Source: Eledone cirrhosa
Lineage: Eukaryota
Length of the DNA: 64,000 nt
NCBI GenBank assembly: GCA_964016885.1
Contig: OZ024740.1
Location: forward strand, 132,246,001-132,310,000
Direction of reading: 5' to 3'
The notes beneath the pieces were generated by a model, which worked only from the letters and a program-made list of their open reading frames with translations, ran no database searches and had not been told where the DNA came from. The position numbers and the translations under genes are program-made. Within the stretch, counting starts at the first letter, position 1. Each line of letters starts with the position of its first letter. Of the stretch, positions 57,981 through 64,000 are shown piece after piece.

Positions 57981-59039
57981 TACTAGGTGCACTTATGACA
58001 CCTTTTTTAAATACTCTTCCTTATATGACAGGATCTGTATAGAACGCTTTCTAATGTCCATAATCTTTTCACTGTATATATATATGTGTGTTTGTGTGTG
58101 TGTATGTATATATATATGTGTCGATGTGAATGTGTGTATGTATATATATATGTATGTGTTTTTGTATGTGGGAAATGTTTACTTAGGTCGAAACCATGAC
58201 AATTTAATTTAATCAAATAATCCACGTATAATAATCTCGATTAGCAGAGTTACTTTACTAAAATTAACAGCATAAAATAATATTTACGTATTTGAATTTA
58301 CTTCTTACAATGTCAATACGAGAACAGGTCAAATAACCTATGCCGTGCATGAATCCGTTAAATGTACAATATTAATTTTCGTATTGGCTAAATCTATCAT
58401 CATCACCGCACTATTTACATAGCCTGAAATGTAATGTCGCTCTTCTCTTTCATTTTTAGTGACAAAAGTAAGAACATATTAATTACTTGAAGAATGTTGT
58501 TTTATATGGATGAATGGCCAATCGAAACATTCAATGTTAATTTACTTTTGGTCACTATTTATTATATACGCAATTTATAAATAAAGTACTTTCCAGTAAA
58601 TTATAACTGATGTTTTTTCAATGTCCATTTCAATGTCCATTTCGAATAAACTTATTTACCGATTAATATATTTCAAAATACTCTTTATTATTATATATTC
58701 ATTGGTGGCTCTAAGAAGCAACAAGCGATATCATAAAGTATACCTTAATGTATATCTCCGATGTGTTAAGGAACCTGTGTGATTTACCACTATATTTTCC
58801 TGAATGTTTTCACAGACGTACGCCCTCATACCCACCCATAAAATCACAAATGTTCGAATCATTCCTTTACAGATATATAAGAGATAAGATGCAATCACTA
58901 GAATTCGAGATTTGCAATAACAACTAATTACATCGTATCGACTAACACATGGCAGAACCGTGTAATTATGATTAAGTGAGATATATAGTAGCTGACCATA
59001 CATTTGATTTTCGCTATATCAATATTTCGTTTTTCTTGC

Positions 59040-59167
59040 ACAAGCAGGCGGGCAAAATCACAGCAGAAATCGTAAAGTTGTTCAAAGTTAAGACATGGAG
59101 GACATTTAGGGTTAAGATTGAATCCGATTTCGCATCACCAAATAAAGTGTTCTGGCAGACAATCTGA
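59040..59167 (+). mobile_element. Small RTE-like LINE fragment (EN-RT linker)
   Basis: KTWRTFRVKIESDFASPNKVFWQTI resembles the WxxF..ME.DF...K.FWQT linker. Confidence 0.45.
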
Positions 59168-59377
59168 GTTCACCTCCACACATGCTATGAGGTGCGCATC
59201 TTGTGCTTTCCTCTTTTCAGAGAGGTGCATCCACGTGAGGCGGAGAGAATAATATGCTGATCTCCTATACCGCATCGTCTGATGCCAGAGTGGACAATTT
59301 CGTTAAACATACACACACACAGACACAGAAAGACAGTCACCCCCCAGCCATATATATATCTCTATATATATATTTTT

Positions 59378-60342
59378 TTAGTATATCTTGGTTGTATACC
59401 AACACCTCAGTATGCAGATTGGAGCACTCGATGAAGTGCGCAGGTTGGTTTGGTTACTCCTGAGTAATGTAAAATAAACTGAAATAAATAAATTAAATGT
59501 TTAAAATTTGGCTTCGTTTATTACTGCTATACATATTTCGGTGACAGCCATCTTTGGCTGTGACCTCTTCAGGCAGTCCGAATTAGTGTGGTAGAGACGA
59601 GTACACATGTTGTTGAGGTGTTTAACTTTGTCAATACTCTGATATGCCCAGCTCCTGGTTGGGTTGTTATTTCACCGAGGAACTGGAATCATATGAATTT
59701 AAACAAACGAATTTCAGCGTCAATGTACATCTTCTCCTCCCATTGGTCAGTTGTGAGAAAGAATTTCTATAGACTTTTGAGTGAGGAATTCTCTCACAAC
59801 TGACCAATGGGAGGAGTGACCTTACAATTCTTTCTAACATTAATATTAGGTATAACACACACACATTTTATTTGATTATCTTATTTTATTTTGTTCCTAA
59901 ACCATCTTATTCCTTCTACCACTTTATCACTACTTTAAAGCTGACTCCAACAACAACACCACTACCAGCATAAGAGTAGAGGTCAGATGTACCTAACAAT
60001 AACAATAACAACAACTACAGATTGCCTCGCCTCAGAACGAATTTCTATAGACTTTTGACTCACAACTGACGAATGGGCGGAGATTTCCTTTGACGCTGAA
60101 ATTTGTTTGTTTAAATTCGTATGATTCCAGTTCCTCGGTGAAATAACAACCCAACCAGGAGCTGGGCATATCAGAGTATTGACAAAGTTAAACACCTAAA
60201 CAACATGTGTACTCGTCTCTACCACACTAATTCGGACTGCCTAAAGAGGTCACAGCCGAAGATGGCTGTCACCAAAATATGAATAGCAGTAATAAACGAA
60301 GGCAAATTTTAAACATTTGTCTTATTTATTTTAGTTCATTTT
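59378..60342 (-). mobile_element. Solo pLTR of the 3182-7420 family with tail and inverted copy
   Basis: 59470-59790 mirrors 60040-60342; intact HHR core at 59523-59577 (-), mutated copy at about 60236-60290 (+); small internal fold-back near 59740-59815. Confidence 0.85.
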
Positions 60343-60364
60343 ATATATATATCTATCTATCTGA

Positions 60365-60486
60365 GGCGGGTAAAATTCTCGAGATCCATGGACGAGTTCT
60401 CTCCAGCGGTCTCTGTCCCTCATTATCGCTGCCATATCCTGCATCTCCAACAGACCAGTGTCTGTCCTTAGGGCATCAACATATGT
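60365..60486 (-). mobile_element. RTE-like LINE 3' end fragment
   Basis: YVDALRTDTGL..MAAIMRDRDRWRELV. Confidence 0.6.
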
Positions 60487-61600
60487 AAACGGAAAAAATG
60501 AAACGATATTTCATTTCTCACTCTTAGTACGGCTGTTACTTAAATATAAGTATGTATACGTACATACATATATGTATACAGACGTACAGTAGTATGTATA
60601 TATACAAACATGCACACATATATATATATGTACGTATGGATTTATAATAATGCTCGGTGTGTTTGTAAACAAACATCCCGTATTAAGCAGTACAGTGTCT
60701 AGCAACCATCGTTGCTCATTTGTTCAACACTGACAAAGTAACGCTGTACTAGTTTCAAGCTTATTAGCTATCGTCAGCAATGTATGCCTTCCTGCCAGAT
60801 GATTGAACGTCTGAAAGCATATACTAACCTTATGCATATTAACGGCTGAGCAACCTAATTTGCATATCGAGGGAGTTAATCGGCCGGGGTACCGAAAACG
60901 ATAAACGGAAAAAATGAAACGAAATTTCATTTTTCACTCTTAGTACGGCTGTTACTTAAATATAAGTATGTATACGTACATACATATATGTACACAGACG
61001 TACAGTAGTATGTATATATATATACATGTGTGCATGTATGTATATATATATACATACTACTGTACGTCTGTATACATATATGCATGTACGTATACATTCT
61101 TATATTTAAGTAACAGCCGTACTAAGTGTGAGAAATGAAATTTCGTTTCATTTTTTCCGTTTATCGTTTTCGGTACCCCGGCCGATTAACTCACTCGATA
61201 TGCAAATTAGGCTGGTCAGCCGTTAATATGCATAAGGAAAGTATATGCTTTCAGACGTTCAATCATCTGGCAGGAAGGTATACGTTGCTGACGATAGCTA
61301 ATAAGCTTGGAACTAGTACAGCGTTCCTTTGTCAGTGTTGAACAAATGAGCATGGATGGTTGCTAGACGCTGTACGGCTTAATACTAGTACAACGTTCCT
61401 TTGTCAGTGTTGAACAAATGAGCATGGATGGTTGCTAGACACTGTACGGCTTAATACGGGATGTTTGTTTACAAACACACCGAGCATTATAATAAATGTT
61501 TGGTGAATCCATACGTACATATATATATGTGTGCATGTATGTATATATATATATATACATACTACTCTACGTCTGCATACATATATGTATGTACGGAGAC
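60487..61600. repeat. Second locus of the ~425-bp HHR repeat, in inverted (divergent) arrangement
   Basis: HHR at 60742-60782 (-) and 61283-61323 (+); inversion centre near 61030; 72-bp internal duplication 61312-61455. Confidence 0.88.
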
Positions 61601-61603
61601 ATG

Positions 61604-61706
<103 letters not shown>

Positions 61707-61710
61707 ATAT

Positions 61711-63620
61711 ATATTGTTATACTTGGGGAGGGTCATATTTGTGTGATATTGCCAGAATTAATAACAGAACACACTCACTGTTTGGTTGGTTTTCGCTTCT
61801 CGCTTCTGTGTCTTTTATATCTGTAATCTTACTTACTCGGTCCTCAATGTTGCCATTGACTGACCGGCGGTCAAAAATAATACAGATACAATATAGACAC
61901 AAACACATATATATAGTTTATCATAAATCTTTCGTTGCACATCTGCAACATCGCCAGTGGTGCTATATTTTCCTCCTGTTGTATTGTATGTCTACGCCAT
62001 TTTTATTCAGTCTGTCTATATATTTATTTATTTATTTGCTTGTTTGTTTATTTTATTTTGTCTTCTTTGCGCATGCGTTTGCGTGTATGTATTGTGTTGT
62101 GTTTGCTGTGTGATGGGTGACTAGTGTGTGTTTATGTGCTTGTTGTTATTGTGCTTGTGTATGTATTTATTTATTTATTTATTTTATTTTATTTACTTAT
62201 TTATACTTCTCTTAGGTCAGTGTTGTTTGTTTGGGTGTTGTTGTTATTCCATTCATTCTTTCTGTTTAGCCTTGGTCTTCTACTTTCTATTTCACTGGCC
62301 TCTCTGATTTTCCTGTCTGCTGGGTCATTTCTATGTTTAGATATTATTCTAATTTCTATGTTGTCTATGTTACCGTCATGTTGTTGTCTAGCATGTTCGT
62401 ATATTACCGACCCGTTTTTTCGTCCTTTTAGCTCCCCCCAGGGTTGGTCTATCCTTTCACCTATGCTACGAGCTGTCTCACCTATGTATGTTGTTGCATG
62501 TATCTGCAAGTACCCTCTGTACATCTTATGCTATAGACTACGTTTCTAGTTTTTCAGTTTATCCGGGGGTTCACCTTACATGTGATACATTTCCTATTTT
62601 TAGAAGTGAGTTTTCTTAAAAGGGTAGGTTTTGCTGATCAGGGATTTTATGGCGTTTCCTGGCTTTTCTACCACCTTTATTTTTGAGTGGGTCTTTCTCA
62701 GGGCCTTTCTACACTGGTTAGCGTCCACAAATATGACACTCTGGTATCTCTGGTGGCTTTCCCTATCTTATGTCTAGCCCTATCTAAGCTATTCCATGAT
62801 TTGCTCCTGTATAATGGGCAAATTCCTTTCATGTCCAGTTCTATGAGGGTCTTATACTTCTCCATGGCTCCTTCGAATACTCTGATTCTGTCTCTTTGGT
62901 TGTAGCCTGAGAACTGCATGCGGTTGATGAAGTGTTGGATGTGTCTTTCCATTTCTGTTGGGTCGCAGATTCGGGACACATTCTTCATCACTCGTACCAA
63001 ATCTGCGATCAGAATATTAAAATTAGCACTACTGGACATTGCTGAGTTTTTGAGTATCGGGTATTTGGAGGCCATGGGTTTAGCATAGTGTGAGTGGAGA
63101 ATTTGGGCTCTCTCGTCTATAGTGTTAATCCAGAGTTCTGTGTCTAATACAGGTAGTCTATTGTTAGGGTGTTTGGAAGGGAAGTCGATAGTTACAGTTA
63201 TACTCTGGTGTATGGAATTAGCTATCTGCTGGATGCTTTCCATCGTGCTACGTTCTAAATCAAACTTGTTAGTGCTCTCTAGTGGGGTTGTTCTTATAAC
63301 TATATTGATATGGTCTACATAACGTGAGTACATGATGAGGTCTATGGAGCTCTCATTAAGGAGATCTTTAAGTCTCCTTTCACACCATACCATGAAAAGG
63401 TTGGCAACATCACCAGCTACGCTGACGCCGATGGCTGCTCCCTCATTTTAGGTGTAAATCTTCTCGTTGAACTTAAGTATGTGGCCCTTTAGGGTAGTTT
63501 TGATACTAGCCTCTACTGCATGTGCGACCATTTTTCTTACCTGATCATCGTTTTGGCGGGTCTGTATAGCTTGGGTCCACCCAATCCACCTTCCCATGGG
63601 AGTCTTTTTTGCCATTGAGG
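61711..63620 (-). mobile_element. 5'-truncated YVDD-type Penelope-like element
   Basis: GAAIGVSVAGDVANLFM, RYVDHINI, LPVLDTELW, HYAKPMAS, RMQFSGY; GIY-YIG TYIGETARSIGER..RKIREA..LNRKNEW; degenerate HHR at about 61920-61962 (-). Confidence 0.85.
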
Positions 63621-63641
63621 TTATATATATATATATTTAGT

Positions 63642-64000
63642 AAGTATGTTTTTGAAAGAGTGAGCAGGTTTGAAATTAGGAAATAGAATAGCTTTCACCG
63701 TATTTTTGACTAAAGGAATTTTAGCCTGATAATGGGATTTAGAACCCTCAGATAAATGGAAAAAGATGAGTATTGACGTACATGGGAGTCGATCCCACAT
63801 CTTTGGTTATCGCGACCACTGTGCTACCATTACACCAACACATCACCCATCTCTTTCCATTCAAATTAGAAGCTACATTCTTAGCGAGTTTAAATGGCAA
63901 GAAAGTATGTTTTTGAAAGAGTGAGCAGGTTTGAAATTAGAAAATAGAATAGCTTTCAACGTATTTTTGACTAAAGGAATGTTAGCCTGATAATGGGGAT
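63642..64000. repeat. Tandem repeat with 261-bp period running off the window
   Basis: aagtatgtttttgaaagagtgagcaggtttgaaattag starts at 63642 and again at 63903. Confidence 0.8.
63774..63844 (-). tRNA. tRNA-like sequence (pseudo-tRNA or SINE head)
   Basis: GATGTGT-TG-GTGT-AATGGTA-GCAC-AG-TGGT-CGCGATA-ACCA-AAGAT-GTGGG-ATCGACT-CCCAT-GTACGTC-A folds as a cloverleaf but has G33 and GATC in place of GTTC. Confidence 0.5.

Overview
This is eukaryotic, AT-rich, microsatellite-rich DNA with no recognisable host gene. The SINE families suggest an octopod cephalopod (inference). The window is a nest of transposons. (1) At least ten Penelope-like elements (PLEs) or remnants. Most have Naiad-like signatures (YRDD reverse transcriptase, CxC-x5-C-x5-C linker, C-terminal GIY-YIG); there are also a Neptune-like and a YVDD-type element. 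Nearly all carry minimal type I hammerhead ribozymes (HHRs) in their terminal repeats, show inverted or fold-back ends, and abut (TA)n tracts. (2) A roughly 4 kb R4/Dong-like RLE non-LTR element between (TAA)n tracts. (3) A full-length degenerate Helitron and a composite non-autonomous Helitron. (4) RTE fragments and tRNA-derived SINEs. The most interesting signal is a non-coding ~425-bp tandem repeat at 46972-49435 and 60487-61600 in which every complete unit contains a minimal HHR with a palindromic stem III: a candidate non-LTR retrozyme/circular-RNA family. Other leads are an in-frame TGA at a conserved Cys of one Naiad (possible selenocysteine), non-canonical HHR cores, and a tandem repeat carrying a tRNA-like unit. 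All motifs were read by eye and boundaries are approximate.
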